Origin: a virus
Lineage: Duplodnaviria; Caudoviricetes
Reading direction: 5' to 3' (one strand)
Length of the DNA stretch: 64,000 bases
IMG/VR virus record: IMGVR_UViG_3300032308_001420
Coordinates: 1 to 64,000 of that record
Part shown: positions 8,357 through 19,089 of the stretch, one piece after another
Layout of the letters: each line of letters begins with the position of its first letter
Numbering within the stretch: the stretch's first letter is position 1
Notes under the pieces: generated by a model
The model's database searches: none
Seen by the model: only the letters and a program-made list of their open reading frames with translations
What the model was told of the DNA's origin: nothing
Position numbers and translations under genes: made by a program

Positions 8357-8654
8357 GGTTCTCCTCCCAAAACTGTATTAGCTCTTCTAATACTGCCCAC
8401 TCAATTATTCCAAGTCTTACCTTAGAATCTTCACCTATAATAATCTTTAATGCTGGATACATATCTCTATTTACTTTAAAAGTATCTGTACATATTTTAG
8501 CCCAAACATCTTTATTTAACGTAAAGGATCTGCCTGCTTCTTTATAGTCTACAAGGAACTGATTCCATTGTGCATCACCCTTTTGATAGTCACCACGCCC
8601 ACTATTTTTTTGAGCCCTTGCGCCATCACGTTTTACTTCAGATCTTTCCGACAT
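8349..8654 (-). CDS. Putative PD-(D/E)XK endonuclease / resolvase-like protein
   Basis: SE..E, NSGRG...KGDA, VDYKE motifs. Confidence 0.6.
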   Translation of the reverse strand: MSERSEVKRDGARAQKNSGRGDYQKGDAQWNQFLVDYKEAGRSFTLNKDVWAKICTDTFKVNRDMYPALKIIIGEDSKVRLGIIEWAVLEELIQFWEENHE

Positions 8655-8845
8655 TACCCAACCTTAAATATTGTTTCATGGCCTTTTGAACATTTCCAAG
8701 ACATCACCATATCTAGTGGGTCCCAAAAGGAACCGTCAACATCTTCATCACATTTTGAGCATGGCCTTACTCCACCAATTTTTTCTAAGCCATAACCATT
8801 TACTTTTTCATTCGGCTTATTAAAAAATTCATTAAGATCTGGCAT
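8654..8845 (-). CDS. Hypothetical Zn-ribbon protein
   Basis: CSKC..WKCSKGH. Confidence 0.7.
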   Translation of the reverse strand: MPDLNEFFNKPNEKVNGYGLEKIGGVRPCSKCDEDVDGSFWDPLDMVMSWKCSKGHETIFKVG

Positions 8846-9836
8846 TTATTTCTCCAACTAAGTTGTCTACAACATCTGGATTTTCTTTTAAATATGCGAC
8901 AGCCTTTGCACGTCCTTGAAAACGTTCTCCATTTACTGTATACCATGCTCCACCCTTTTCAATAATACCGCACATTTCTGCAACGTCAAGTGTTTCTCCA
9001 ACACGGTCTACACCAATAGCTTCCCCTTGGTAATAAAAGTCGTATTGTCCTGATAGATTTGGGGGCCCAAGTTTGTTGTAATCAATAATCCAGTTAACTG
9101 GCCTTCCAACTCTTTGTTCAATGATCTTGTCGCCAACTTTAATCCCAGCCTTAATAGCATTCGCCTCAGCTTCAGACGACCAGAGTTTAATGACAGTGGA
9201 AGAAAAGAACTTGACTGCCATGCCACCTGTTGGGATGTGACTAGCATGCATAGATCCAAATTGATTTCGTTGTTGTGAGATGAGAACAAGTAGTGTGTTT
9301 TTGTTTGCATAGTTTAACATCTTGACTGCGTGGGTCATATCCTTTGCTTCTGCGCCGATTTGCTTAGTGTCTTGCAAATCCTTCATTTCATTTCCGTCTT
9401 TTTCAAAGTAGATCGCTGGAAGCAGTGCTGATATTGAGTCAACAACAATTAAGTCAACACCAGCATCCATTAGCTTTGTAGCAACATCTACCATATCATT
9501 AACTGTTTTGGCTGGAGAATAAATAAGAGAAGAAGAATCTACTCCTAAAGTTTCTGCCCATGATTGGTCATACGATGCTTCTGCATCAATCCATGCACAA
9601 GTCTTTCCTTCTTTTTGTGCTATTGCAATCATCTGTAAACAAAAAGAAGATTTTCCTGCAGACTTATTTCCCCAAACAAGAACCTGTCTACCGTATCCAA
9701 GGCCGCCTCTTAGGGCCATATTCAATCCAATACTTGGCGTTAATTGTTTTTCAACAACAACATTTTGTGCAGACTGAACTCTTGCCCTTGTTTTTGGATC
9801 TAGCTTTGCTAATATATTATCAATTACAATTGTCAT
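8832..9836 (-). CDS. recA: RecA-like recombinase
   Basis: Walker A GNKSAGKS, IDAE, IVVDSISAL, PTGG.AVKF, GAWY..G.RFQG. Confidence 0.93.
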   Translation of the reverse strand: MTIVIDNILAKLDPKTRARVQSAQNVVVEKQLTPSIGLNMALRGGLGYGRQVLVWGNKSAGKSSFCLQMIAIAQKEGKTCAWIDAEASYDQSWAETLGVDSSSLIYSPAKTVNDMVDVATKLMDAGVDLIVVDSISALLPAIYFEKDGNEMKDLQDTKQIGAEAKDMTHAVKMLNYANKNTLLVLISQQRNQFGSMHASHIPTGGMAVKFFSSTVIKLWSSEAEANAIKAGIKVGDKIIEQRVGRPVNWIIDYNKLGPPNLSGQYDFYYQGEAIGVDRVGETLDVAEMCGIIEKGGAWYTVNGERFQGRAKAVAYLKENPDVVDNLVGEINARS

Positions 9837-9865
9837 TTAAACTCTTTCTTTACACTAGTATATCA

Positions 9866-10213
9866 TTAAAAACGGTTGCCGTGAAGTCTTGGTCTATCTT
9901 TATTTATGTTAATTTTATTATTTAAAACTTCATCTAATGAGTGTTGAATAATACCTTCGTTCATCATTGCTGCATAAAGGTCAAGTAGTCTAATTAGAAT
10001 GTCTGCCATTTCTTCTACTACATTTTCGCTACCTTTATCTTTTCTAATTGCTTCTAGAACTTCTGTAACTTCAGAATGAACTAATGCTAGTTTATTTCCT
10101 ATAACATTATAATCAACTTCTGTATCCCAAAATCCTTTTTCTACAGCAGTTTCATGCAGAATTGCTGACAGTGCATCTAGCCCATAATCAGTTACCATTT
10201 CAAACGACTTCAT
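9866..10213 (-). CDS. MazG-like nucleotide pyrophosphohydrolase
   Basis: LALVHSEVTEVLEA..EEMADILIRLLD motif. Confidence 0.85.
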   Translation of the reverse strand: MKSFEMVTDYGLDALSAILHETAVEKGFWDTEVDYNVIGNKLALVHSEVTEVLEAIRKDKGSENVVEEMADILIRLLDLYAAMMNEGIIQHSLDEVLNNKININKDRPRLHGNRF

Positions 10214-10397
10214 TTTCTATTTCCTTTAAGCTAAATGTAAATGAAGATTTTTCTTCATTATAATAGACTGCAATTTCTCTGCTGTCTGATGCTGCATTTA
10301 AAAATGTTGTTGTCTTAACATCAACACTCTTTACTGTATCTAATATAGATATAAGCAGCTGTCCAAGATTTAAATCTACTGGTAGTTCTTCTGACAT
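10200..10397 (-). CDS. Hypothetical protein
   Basis: Packed ORF with TAATG overlap. Confidence 0.7.
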   Translation of the reverse strand: MSEELPVDLNLGQLLISILDTVKSVDVKTTTFLNAASDSREIAVYYNEEKSSFTFSLKEIENEVV

Positions 10398-10627
10398 TAT
10401 TTCTCCACAAATATATTAACTATACCATTTGACCTAAGCCAGTCAAATGTTGCCATGAGTTGTTCTCTAGACTCACAGGTTTCACAACCATCAAACATGT
10501 CGTACGGTTGCCAATCTTCTGGGTTGTTATCCTCATCAAATAGGTGGTTATAACACATTTGCATATGATCAGAAACAAAAGACTCCAGACTCTCTGCCTC
10601 TTTTTGAGTTAATTTAACCTCAATCAT
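10397..10627 (-). CDS. Hypothetical protein
   Basis: ATGA overlap with dnaE; GCETC motif. Confidence 0.7.
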   Translation of the reverse strand: MIEVKLTQKEAESLESFVSDHMQMCYNHLFDEDNNPEDWQPYDMFDGCETCESREQLMATFDWLRSNGIVNIFVEK

Positions 10628-13600
10628 TTTATTTCCTTAACCATTAATGTTCCATCATCTAATTTAGACAGGACTGGCTTGCACTTCATTCCCTCACGCA
10701 TCTTTGCTAAAGACATTTTGTACATTGTTGGGAAAACAATTACTCGTGTTAATTCTTTATCCTTATTGGATAATACTATATGGCTCATTGTTTTACCAGC
10801 CTTAGTTGTATATGGCGTAAAGTTAACAACAATATACTCGTCATCTTCCAAATCATATTCTTTTCTATACAAGTAGTCGACAAACATATCTGGTAGCTTT
10901 GGATCAATATCAGTAACCTTTATGTATCTAGCAATTCTGTTGTCTCCTACAAGAATGAAGTACATCTGATTTGTTTCGATTTGAGTCTGTTCATTATGAA
11001 ATAAACCTATTGATCCAGTTTCATCTACCAACTCTACTCGTGCCCACCCAGTTCCACGCTTAATTGATTTAACCATTCCAAACATCACAAAAGAGCCAAG
11101 GTCGTCAAACTCCTCAATCGGTCTAGCCTGAGCTTTAATTCGTGGAGGAATGCCTTCTAAATTAAATGTAGGTATGCCTAAGTATTCGTAGTAGTTGTCT
11201 TTTTCGTTACCTTGTCTCGGATTATCAGCAAACGCCGCACCACCGATGGCATTGAGAGCAGAGATAGCCCTACTATTAATACCGCTACCCTTTTTAGATG
11301 CCTTGTCAATAAAATCTGAATAAGTTTCATATGGCCTTCTTTCCATTATCTTGTTTGCTATGCTATCTGAAATAAATTTTACCTCAGCTAAACCAAATAT
11401 AATACCGTCATCCTTTAAAGAAAAATACATATCTGATTCATTAATATGTGGAAGTCTAATTCTTAAGCCTAAACGCTTAGCTTCAATTAAATATTCGGTT
11501 CTCGCATCTTTATCATTTTCGTTTTTAAGAATTGAAAACATGAATTCAAGAGGATAATAGGACTTAAGCCAAGCAGTATAATAACTAAGCATAGAGTAAG
11601 CAACAGCGTGAGAACGGTTGAAAGAATATCCAGCATGTGCTTCAAAATTATGCCAAAGCTCTTCTGCTTTCTTTTTAGCAATGTGCTTTGAAGCCCCAGT
11701 AACAAACTGATCTTTGAATTGGTCAAATTCTTTTGCATCTTTCTTCTTTCCAATAATCTTGCGGACCTTATCAGCCTCTGACCAGGACATTCCTCCTAGG
11801 TGTACGCATGCCTGCATAACCTGCTCTTGATATATAATAACACCATATGTGTTTTCAGTAAACTCTTTCATTATAGTATGACTATAGTCTACCGCTTCCC
11901 GCCCATGCTTTCTATTAATATAAGCAGCGCCAACGGTATTCATAGCGCCAGGGCGTACTAATGCATTAGATGCCACTAGGTCTTCAAATTTGTCAACGCC
12001 CATTTTCATAAGCAAATTTGTATATGGGGTTGCTTCTGCTTGAAATACACCCTTAGTATATCCTTCGCTCAACATCTTATAGACATTTTTATCGTCTAAT
12101 GTTAATTCAGATAAAACTACATCCTTGCCATGTCTTTCTTTAATAGAGGCAAGGGTGTCAGATATTACTGAAAGAGTTTTTAAACCCAAGGCATCCAGCT
12201 TAATTAAGCCAATGTCTGCTACTGTATCCATGTCATATGCAACTACTGGAATTCTTCCAGATACTTTATCCTGTGCATCCTCACGAGATTCAACTGGAGC
12301 AAATTTTCTAATATCATCTTTTGCAACAACTACTCCAGCAGCATGGACTCCTACTGAACGAATTCTTCCACGAAGTCTTTCTGCAAGCCAAACTACTTCT
12401 GGGTAACGAAGTCTAAACTCTTTTGTGTTTGGTGAGTCTACGAAGTCTTCAAACGTGTCCACTGACTTTAATGCACGATTAACTTCTTGTAGGGGAACCA
12501 TAAAAACACGAGATGCATCACGAACAACTCCCTTATCTTTAAAGTAAGTAAAAGTAGAAATAGAAGCAACGTACTTAAACTTCTTCTTTAAATAGTCTTT
12601 TACTTCTTTACGTCTACGATCCTCAAAGTCTGTATCAATATCTGGAAAATCATTACGCTCTGGATTAATAAATCTAAAAAACAATAGATCATATTTAATT
12701 GGATCAACTTCTGTGATTCCAAGAACATAACATACGAGTGAGCCTGCAGCAGATCCACGTCCTGGACCAACTTTTATATTATTATCTTTAGCCCAATTAA
12801 TCATATCCGCAACGACCAAAAAATATGAGGCAAAACTTTTTGAGGCAATAACCTGAAGCTCTTCTTCTAAGCGTTCCCTATAAATTGGGTCTGAAGCCTT
12901 CTGAATGCTCTCTAAGCCCTTTTCAGCCAGCTCTCGTAGCTTTTCATCAGCATCTGTCTTTGGGACGGGCAGAAGGTCTAAGCCCTGATAAAAATCATAC
13001 TCAGATACCTTATCAGCAATTTCCATAGTATTATCATATATGTCTGTTCGATTAATTCCAGATTTATTAAAATCAGACTCTATCTCTGATCTTGATTGAA
13101 TAAATAAGTTATAGTTTTGAAATGATATTTTTCTATCAGGATAAAGATAGTTTAATCTATCATTGATGTCCTTAATATTTCTTGACATATCAAAGTCGGC
13201 ATCTTTATCCATCTTAGGAGATGTTGATAGTATGAGCATTGCCTCTTCTAGAACTCTATCTTCTTCTTTAGCAAAGTGGGCATCTCCTGTTGCCACCGCT
13301 TTAATTTTAAGTTCATCTGCTAACTCAAGAAGCTTTGAATTTATTTCTTGGGGATTGTGAGACTGCACTTCAATATAGAAATCCTCAGCAAAATTTTTCT
13401 TAAAATCTTGTAGGATAATCTTTGCTTCTTTGAACTCACCCTTTTCAATGCACTTCGAAATAAGACCATTAAGACATCCAGAAAGAACGATAATACCTTC
13501 TTTGTATTCATTTAAAACCTCTCTATCAATGCGTGGCTTATGGTAAAAGCCTTCATTCCACGCAAGCTCTTGAAGCGTGTTTATATTTTCTAAACCCTTT

Positions 13601-13893
13601 TTATTTTTAGCCAATAAAATAATATGGTTATAAGCTTGAATAGACTTATCGGTCTTAGATGAACGATCAAATCTATCTGTTGGGGATATGTACGCTTCTA
13701 CTCCAAGTATGGGTTTAATTCCTTGCTCTTTACATGCTATCTGCATGTCTCTGTGAGAGGATAATGTTCCATGATCTGTAATTGCTAGTGCTGTTTGTCC
13801 AGCATCTTTTGCTGCCTTTACAAGTTCGGCAGGAGAATTAAGCCCATCCATTAATGAATAGTATGAATGCACATGAAGGTGTGTAAAGTTCAA
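10624..13893 (-). CDS. dnaE: DNA polymerase III alpha subunit (DnaE-like)
   Basis: PHP domain HLHVHSYYSLMDG and TDHG, GPGRGSAAGS, PDIDTD, KLDALGL, YSFNRSH; TTG start with GGAG RBS. Confidence 0.95.
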   Translation of the reverse strand: MNFTHLHVHSYYSLMDGLNSPAELVKAAKDAGQTALAITDHGTLSSHRDMQIACKEQGIKPILGVEAYISPTDRFDRSSKTDKSIQAYNHIILLAKNKKGLENINTLQELAWNEGFYHKPRIDREVLNEYKEGIIVLSGCLNGLISKCIEKGEFKEAKIILQDFKKNFAEDFYIEVQSHNPQEINSKLLELADELKIKAVATGDAHFAKEEDRVLEEAMLILSTSPKMDKDADFDMSRNIKDINDRLNYLYPDRKISFQNYNLFIQSRSEIESDFNKSGINRTDIYDNTMEIADKVSEYDFYQGLDLLPVPKTDADEKLRELAEKGLESIQKASDPIYRERLEEELQVIASKSFASYFLVVADMINWAKDNNIKVGPGRGSAAGSLVCYVLGITEVDPIKYDLLFFRFINPERNDFPDIDTDFEDRRRKEVKDYLKKKFKYVASISTFTYFKDKGVVRDASRVFMVPLQEVNRALKSVDTFEDFVDSPNTKEFRLRYPEVVWLAERLRGRIRSVGVHAAGVVVAKDDIRKFAPVESREDAQDKVSGRIPVVAYDMDTVADIGLIKLDALGLKTLSVISDTLASIKERHGKDVVLSELTLDDKNVYKMLSEGYTKGVFQAEATPYTNLLMKMGVDKFEDLVASNALVRPGAMNTVGAAYINRKHGREAVDYSHTIMKEFTENTYGVIIYQEQVMQACVHLGGMSWSEADKVRKIIGKKKDAKEFDQFKDQFVTGASKHIAKKKAEELWHNFEAHAGYSFNRSHAVAYSMLSYYTAWLKSYYPLEFMFSILKNENDKDARTEYLIEAKRLGLRIRLPHINESDMYFSLKDDGIIFGLAEVKFISDSIANKIMERRPYETYSDFIDKASKKGSGINSRAISALNAIGGAAFADNPRQGNEKDNYYEYLGIPTFNLEGIPPRIKAQARPIEEFDDLGSFVMFGMVKSIKRGTGWARVELVDETGSIGLFHNEQTQIETNQMYFILVGDNRIARYIKVTDIDPKLPDMFVDYLYRKEYDLEDDEYIVVNFTPYTTKAGKTMSHIVLSNKDKELTRVIVFPTMYKMSLAKMREGMKCKPVLSKLDDGTLMVKEIK

Positions 13894-13919
13894 CTTAATT
13901 CTCCGCCTCTATTAACTTG

Positions 13920-14597
13920 TTACCAGTCTACGCTGCCGCTTGAGGCAGACCTAGACTGTTCTTCGCCATTTGAAGCTTCTCCAGCAAAGAAAGCTTCTTG
14001 CTCTGTGTAAGGTAGGTCTCTTACAGCAGATGTTTCTAGGTCAAATAATTCCAATGAAGATGTGTCGAATGCAGACTCATCCTTTGCCAATGGAATTATT
14101 GTATAACTAGTATCTGTTTTTGTACCACTTCGCTTAATGCGCCACATTAAATTTGTAATGCTTCCCATTTCTCCAGCATACTCAATTAATGTTGGAGTAA
14201 CAGTCTTTCCGCTGCTACCCTGTGATAATATTGCTACATACGGATCTTCTTTTCCATCGTCAACTAATACGTTAATGTAGAGTCGTGAGCGACCCTTCCA
14301 TCCAGCCTTATAGTCCTTACGATGTTGTTCGCAACCGTAACACTTGCCTTGATCTTCCATTGTGCAGAGTGCCTTGCGACGATAGTCTTTTGGGTTAGTG
14401 TGCTCAACAGCAATAAACCCTAAACCGTTTTTTTGATTATAACTTGGTGAATCTGGATCAAGCTCCTGTAGGAAACGAACCTTGACGCTTTCACCATCTT
14501 CTAGCTTTACCCAACGACCCTTTGTTGAATCAGAATCATTGTATGTAGGCTTATCTAAAGCCTTATTTAAATCTTTTAGTCCTCTTACGATACCCAT
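13920..14597 (-). CDS. Single-stranded DNA-binding protein (gp32-like)
   Basis: KLEDGESVKVRFL, Zn-type H..C..C..C, acidic tail ending SVDW; lies in the replication module. Confidence 0.75.
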   Translation of the reverse strand: MGIVRGLKDLNKALDKPTYNDSDSTKGRWVKLEDGESVKVRFLQELDPDSPSYNQKNGLGFIAVEHTNPKDYRRKALCTMEDQGKCYGCEQHRKDYKAGWKGRSRLYINVLVDDGKEDPYVAILSQGSSGKTVTPTLIEYAGEMGSITNLMWRIKRSGTKTDTSYTIIPLAKDESAFDTSSLELFDLETSAVRDLPYTEQEAFFAGEASNGEEQSRSASSGSVDW

Positions 14598-14654
14598 TAT
14601 TTCCTCATTTCATATAGTTGATGGTATAAATCCATCTGTATTACTATTATATCA

Positions 14655-15650
14655 TTACTTCCAAGATCTGTATTCTATATCTGATACTGCATTTTTAATA
14701 CAGGCTTTAATTTCTTCATCAGTCATATCGCCTGCATCCTTTGCATCATGTGGATATATCTTACCATATTCATAAGAAGCCCACAAGACATCTTTCATCC
14801 TTAGTTTATTGGCTATGCTAAGTCCTAATTCTCTGCCAGCCAAATCTGCATCTGTCATAATTGTTATTCTATTAAAATATCTATTAAGTATATGATGTTG
14901 CTCTTTAGACAAAAACCCTCCAAGTGTTGCAACAACATTTGGAAAACCAGCTTGATGAATTCTAATTGCATCAAAGCTTGACTCAACAATTATTACATGG
15001 TCGCCAATCTTCTTTGCCCTATGAACATTAAACATTGTTTTGCTCTTAGGTAAGTTTGTGCTATTTTTAAAAGACTTACCCTCAATTGATCTACCAACAA
15101 TTCCAATTGGCATTCCATCTGGACTATGCACTGGAACAGTAACCATATCCATATTTGAGGAATACCCCAAACCAAAATAGTCCATAGCCTCACTATTAAT
15201 ATTACGTGATATAAAATAATTGCATGCTCTAGTACTATTAGACCTGTCGTTAGATAGTTTATCTAATGTATCATTATTAAATTCCTCAAACATTGGCTTA
15301 TCTTCCATTGCTTCCGCCAACATCTCATCAAAGTTTTCTAATGATTCCGTTTCTTTTGCAGAAATAAATCGCATGGCTTCAAAGTCATTCTTGTGCATGA
15401 CTCGTTTAATTAATTCTAATAATGTTCCAGCTTCGCCACATGAAGGATTAAAGCATATGAATGCTCCCTTTTCACGGCTTACGCTAAAGCTTGATGTATG
15501 TCTATTTGAATGAAATGGGCAATAGCATAGGAAATCATTTGAAGTTTCTCCAACAATGTCTAAGCCAATACTTTTTAGTATTGACTTTATGTGCGCTGGG
15601 GAATATTGCGTGGTATCAATTTCCCTTGAGAAATTCCCTCTAACCGCCAT
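14655..15650 (-). CDS. dnaG: DNA primase (CHC2 Zn finger + TOPRIM)
   Basis: CPFH..C..C, IVESSFDA, DADLAG, KDAGD. Confidence 0.9.
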   Translation of the reverse strand: MAVRGNFSREIDTTQYSPAHIKSILKSIGLDIVGETSNDFLCYCPFHSNRHTSSFSVSREKGAFICFNPSCGEAGTLLELIKRVMHKNDFEAMRFISAKETESLENFDEMLAEAMEDKPMFEEFNNDTLDKLSNDRSNSTRACNYFISRNINSEAMDYFGLGYSSNMDMVTVPVHSPDGMPIGIVGRSIEGKSFKNSTNLPKSKTMFNVHRAKKIGDHVIIVESSFDAIRIHQAGFPNVVATLGGFLSKEQHHILNRYFNRITIMTDADLAGRELGLSIANKLRMKDVLWASYEYGKIYPHDAKDAGDMTDEEIKACIKNAVSDIEYRSWK

Positions 15651-15916
15651 GCCTTCCTCTTTCCTACATATACTCCATGGATAGTCATTAAAAACTTCCA
15701 GCCTTCTCCGTCAAAGTCTAACGCAAAGGCTGGGTCTATGTCAAGGACTTTTGCATATCCTCTTGACCGCATATCTTCCGTTAAAAGTTTTTCATACTGT
15801 TCTTTAACTCTGATGATATCTGAATCACTTCTAAATACAGCATCTATTTGAAATCTATTAATTTTTTTGTGCGTCATTTGCAAATGGGTTCTCATAAATC
15901 TCTTTAACGATACCAC
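15587..15916 (-). CDS. Hypothetical protein (likely start MTHKK, ~15877)
   Basis: Packed ORF between helicase and primase. Confidence 0.7.
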   Translation of the reverse strand: MVSLKRFMRTHLQMTHKKINRFQIDAVFRSDSDIIRVKEQYEKLLTEDMRSRGYAKVLDIDPAFALDFDGEGWKFLMTIHGVYVGKRKAWRLEGISQGKLIPRNIPQRT

Positions 15917-17105
15917 GATTGATATCCCAGTCTAGGTACATCCCAAACTCTTGTCCGTGTCTATTCTTTCTTGAAACAACTTCTACCATTTGAGTTCCAG
16001 TATACTTATGAATAGCAATGGCCATGTCAGCATCGTACTCAATTGCCTTTGACCAAGCTACCTGAGAAAGCATTGGAGGATTGTCTTGATCTGAAACGTC
16101 ATCCATTGTTGCTGCAGTAATATCAATTACTGGAATGTTATTAGTCATGGCAAGCATCTTGAACTCACGAGAGATATTCATGTTACGTTCAGTTGCGCCC
16201 ATACTCTTTTTGTTATCAGAAAATAGTTGATGGTAATCTAAAATAACAAGGTCTGGCTTGTGCTGATCAATCTTACCTTGAATTGTAGCGGGAGTAACTT
16301 CGGCCATACCTTCATTTGATACGAGCACAAATCCATTCTTGTTCTCAAACTTTTTGTTTGACCATGACTTAAAATCATCTAAATTAATATCGCCAGTTGC
16401 TAGATCACTTGCTCTAAATAATCCAGAACCAAGCATTGTATATATACGGTCACGCATGTTTTCTGGAGACATTTCTAAAGATACAATCATAGGCTTAAAT
16501 CCTTGCTCCCATGCTTTACATGCAAGGTAAGATGTGAACCATGTCTTACCACGTCCTGGCCATCCGATAGCAACGATAAGATGTCCTGGAGCCATGCCAG
16601 TTGGGTATGCTAAATCAATAGCCTCAAAGCCAGTTTTAATTCCTGGTGATCCGCCCATCTCTGCTGATCTAAGTTTAGTTGCTTCAAAATGCTTAATAGC
16701 ATTGTCAGCATCTGTTACATCTAAGTCACGAACATTACTTGTAAACTTACTAAGACTGGCAAGTTGGGATTGCATTTCAGACAGGACTCTAGATGCAGCA
16801 TCCTCTTTTAGCATTGAGCCGCTTTTAATTATAATGTTCTTGAGTCTATTAGAAAGATACTCATTCTTAAGTTTATCTAAATAGTATCCAGTCTCTGCTT
16901 TAACGTTTGTGTCAATCTCAAAATCTTTAAACTTTTCAAGAAGGATGCCAGCTTCTGGAACAGCCTTAAACTTATAATAATAGGACTTTAATCCTTCCCA
17001 AATATCTTTATGGGAAGTAAATAGTTCATCTACATTGTCTGCTAAAAGAGTACTTATGTCTTTATTCTTGCATACTGCTGAAATTAATGTTGCTTCTGTA
17101 TTCAT
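15858..17105 (-). CDS. dnaB: Replicative helicase, DnaB-like
   Basis: GWPGRGKT, SLEM, ILDYHQL, IEYDAD, KNRHG. Confidence 0.92.
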   Translation of the reverse strand: MNTEATLISAVCKNKDISTLLADNVDELFTSHKDIWEGLKSYYYKFKAVPEAGILLEKFKDFEIDTNVKAETGYYLDKLKNEYLSNRLKNIIIKSGSMLKEDAASRVLSEMQSQLASLSKFTSNVRDLDVTDADNAIKHFEATKLRSAEMGGSPGIKTGFEAIDLAYPTGMAPGHLIVAIGWPGRGKTWFTSYLACKAWEQGFKPMIVSLEMSPENMRDRIYTMLGSGLFRASDLATGDINLDDFKSWSNKKFENKNGFVLVSNEGMAEVTPATIQGKIDQHKPDLVILDYHQLFSDNKKSMGATERNMNISREFKMLAMTNNIPVIDITAATMDDVSDQDNPPMLSQVAWSKAIEYDADMAIAIHKYTGTQMVEVVSRKNRHGQEFGMYLDWDINRGIVKEIYENPFANDAQKN

Positions 17106-17425
17106 TCTATACCGCCTCTTTCAACCATATGCTTCGTTTCTTCTAGCAACAAACGACGTCTCTCTTTATCTTTTTCTACCTCGGTAATAGCTGCATCCAT
17201 CCTATCAAAATTATAAAAGAAAAATTGTAAAGGATGTCCACTTTTAGATAAGCTAAAGTAGTATAACAAAATTTCTTTAGCTCGGTCAATACCAACACTG
17301 TCTATAACATCTTGCATTGCCCACTTTTCTCTAAACTTATTGATCTTAGGCATTGCTCCATACTTTTGCTTATATAACGATTGATAAAAGCTTATTAATA
17401 TATATGGCTCTTTCTCACTTGGCAC
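17102..17425 (-). CDS. Hypothetical protein (possible helicase partner)
   Basis: Overlaps the dnaB start. Confidence 0.7.
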   Translation of the reverse strand: MPSEKEPYILISFYQSLYKQKYGAMPKINKFREKWAMQDVIDSVGIDRAKEILLYYFSLSKSGHPLQFFFYNFDRMDAAITEVEKDKERRRLLLEETKHMVERGGIE

Positions 17426-17633
17426 TCTTTAACTCTTCTTCTACTTCACGAGTTTTTTGAATAAGCTTATCTTCTACAAACTTATACACACGCTCTGTTG
17501 CAAAATCAACTGTTTCTCCAAGTCGCAGGTCGTCTTCTACTCCGATGCTAATTTTAATGCTTTCATAGTTGCCAAGATTTCTAGTAAACGATAGGTCTAC
17601 TTTTACTTTAGTTGTCATTACTCCGCCTTCCAT
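17415..17633 (-). CDS. Hypothetical protein (likely start MTTK, 17618)
   Basis: TRNLGNYES.KI..G motif typical of small phage proteins. Confidence 0.75.
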   Translation of the reverse strand: MEGGVMTTKVKVDLSFTRNLGNYESIKISIGVEDDLRLGETVDFATERVYKFVEDKLIQKTREVEEELKSAK

Positions 17634-18100
17634 ACAGGTACAAATTTTCCGTCTTCTGTCTTAGTATACAATATAATGTTGTGTTTGAGAATAGCCATCA
17701 ATTCAGTTTTTGAAGGAAGTCTACCAGCATGACCTTCTTCTGAAATAAATTCATGTAAGTCTAATATGTCTTTTTGATTAAACATATACTTAGACCACTT
17801 GCTATCAGGGTTTCCAATAGGATAAACTTTTTGTGGGGCTTTTATTTTGCCCTCCAAAATATAATCTTCTATTGTAACTTTATGTTTCCCAAGAATTTCT
17901 CCGACCTGTACAGTTGTGTATGCATTTTCCATACTCTTATAAACTTGAGAGTAGGAATACATTACACGTTTTCTGTCTGGGTAACACCAAGCTATCAGTT
18001 CGTCTTTTGCCCTAGATGCTTTTAATACTTTATGTATCTTATCATTTAAGAAGAAATAGAGGAACTTCTTTTGTGCAGGGATTCTCTTTCGTCTAGCCAT
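17618..18100 (-). CDS. HTH (MerR/excisionase-like) DNA-binding protein
   Basis: YTTVQVGEILGKHKVTIEDYILEGKI. Confidence 0.7.
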   Translation of the reverse strand: MARRKRIPAQKKFLYFFLNDKIHKVLKASRAKDELIAWCYPDRKRVMYSYSQVYKSMENAYTTVQVGEILGKHKVTIEDYILEGKIKAPQKVYPIGNPDSKWSKYMFNQKDILDLHEFISEEGHAGRLPSKTELMAILKHNIILYTKTEDGKFVPVWKAE

Positions 18101-18231
18101 TTTGCAAGCGCATTCGTTTCCTTATTAATCATCCATCGTTTTCCACACATAACGCAGAACAGCTCCATGTGTAGCTTTTGTGAGAATACTCTATCAATGA
18201 ATACTCTTCCGTCACATTTTTTACATCTCAT
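18046..18231 (-). CDS. Small Zn-ribbon protein
   Basis: CKKC..CVMCG. Confidence 0.7.
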   Translation of the reverse strand: MRCKKCDGRVFIDRVFSQKLHMELFCVMCGKRWMINKETNALAKWLDERESLHKRSSSISS

Positions 18232-19034
18232 TATAAACTAAACAACTTTCCATCAACCACGCATGTATAATTTGGAGATACATGAATCATTTGAACGTGT
18301 GGGTATTCTCCATTTTCAATATGTGCAATAGCAAATCCTTTTTGCCAGTCATGATGTTGAGTATATTTCATTCCTGGACCCTTCTCATCACACATATGTC
18401 CAATTTCATATCCACGCAAAGTTTCACCCAAACCATTGTTTCTAAGTTCATATGTTACCATATGTGAAGCAATTCTGTGTGAGTGTCCTCTAATTAAAGA
18501 AACTTGCATATCTTCCATGTCTTTTCTAACCGCACCTGTTGCGGAAACAGAAAGCCCATGATGAACATGTATGTCTCCGAAGCGGCGGCGTGGAAGGCTG
18601 TCATAATAAATGTAATCATATCCTAAAGAATCTAATCCCCACAAAGCTTCTGGGGTAACTTCATTTATATAGTCTGGTAGCTTTGCATCAATGTAACTAA
18701 AAATTCTAACGTCATGGTTTCCTAAAGCGGAAAACAGTTGTGCATTAGGTAACATCTCTCTGGTCTTGGAATAAAAATCTCTTGCACCCTTTGCCTCATG
18801 TCGCATCATCGGAACAATTAAGTCACGACTATCATCTTTATGCAATTGCATAAACTCAGCTGAGCGTCCCTCTGTATACTTGCTGTAACATGCTTGATCA
18901 TCAGTGTCTCCAAGATAGTCAACCACATCTGGTTTAAACCACTTCATAACTTTAAACCACAAAGCAATCATCTTATCATCTTGATAAGGAAACTGCTGAT
19001 CGGATGATATCATCCACTTTAAATCATTTGACAT
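18231..19034 (-). CDS. Calcineurin-like metallophosphoesterase
   Basis: SDQQ, GDTDD, GNHD, HG and GHSHR motifs. Confidence 0.85.
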   Translation of the reverse strand: MSNDLKWMISSDQQFPYQDDKMIALWFKVMKWFKPDVVDYLGDTDDQACYSKYTEGRSAEFMQLHKDDSRDLIVPMMRHEAKGARDFYSKTREMLPNAQLFSALGNHDVRIFSYIDAKLPDYINEVTPEALWGLDSLGYDYIYYDSLPRRRFGDIHVHHGLSVSATGAVRKDMEDMQVSLIRGHSHRIASHMVTYELRNNGLGETLRGYEIGHMCDEKGPGMKYTQHHDWQKGFAIAHIENGEYPHVQMIHVSPNYTCVVDGKLFSL

Positions 19035-19052
19035 TAAACTACCTTAATAATT

Positions 19053-19076
19053 AAAAAAGTCACGAATACGTGACTT
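19053..19076 (-). terminator. Intrinsic terminator-like hairpin
   Basis: AAGTCACG-TATT-CGTGACTT followed by TTTT on the minus strand. Confidence 0.6.
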
Positions 19077-19089
19077 AGATGTTACAGTA

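Noticed and set aside
10624-13893. Intein or intron in dnaE (also considered terL, dnaB, recA)
   Set aside because: Lengths are normal and no intein splice motifs or LAGLIDADG insertions were seen
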